NCBI GenBank assembly: GCA_030704615.1
Contig: CM060731.1
Span: 16,306,001-16,370,000, forward strand
Length of the DNA stretch: 64,000 bases
Source: Takakia lepidozioides
Taxonomy: Eukaryota; Plantae; Bryophyta
Direction of reading: 5' to 3'
Made by a program: the position numbers and the translations under genes. This document shows, one piece after another, positions 63,789 to 64,000 of the stretch; within the stretch, counting starts at the first letter, position 1; each line of letters opens with the position of its first letter. The notes under the pieces are model-generated. The model was not told the DNA's origin and did no database searches. It saw nothing but the letters and a program-made list of their open reading frames with translations.

Positions 63789-64000
63789 CTGCAAACCCGA
63801 TGCAAACATCTCATTACTCAGAAAAGTAGAAAGAACAACACTTGCAATTTCAATGAACTCTGGTGTAGACGCACTATAGTCAGAGGAGAGGGATTTCATG
63901 GCTATTAAGATTAACAAATACAGCAGTTTCAATTGAACCAGCAGATGTAGTCAAAACTGAGAATAGAGAACAAACCTGAACAATGTTTTCATGCTGGAGG

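Overview
Eukaryotic nuclear DNA from a land plant; GT-AG introns and the TE repertoire suggest a non-seed plant such as a moss, but that taxonomy is inference only. Host genes: an intronless epoxide hydrolase ending in a peroxisomal SRL signal (7049-8017, -); a multi-exon WD40 CDT2/DTL homolog (28160-35271, +); a large NT-C2 + coiled-coil gene (37022-50718, -); and the 3' end of a Raf-like HT1-type kinase (62854-63788, -). The rest is a TE mosaic. It holds two diverged LINE ORF1-like elements (one apparently ORF1-only, with an A-rich tail and a candidate TSD), a 5'-truncated CRE-type RLE retrotransposon, a TA-flanked TIR MITE and a TTAA-flanked piggyBac-type MITE. It also holds a PIF/Harbinger Myb + transposase pair enclosing exons of a TFIIIC-delta-like WD40 gene, and a truncated Ty3/Gypsy element with one LTR. 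The least explained items are an intron-containing ParB/Srx-like (WDGNHR) pseudogene with a repeat-bracketed lectin fragment downstream, and a bacterial-type cupin ORF. Exon boundaries and family calls were read by eye; no searches were run.
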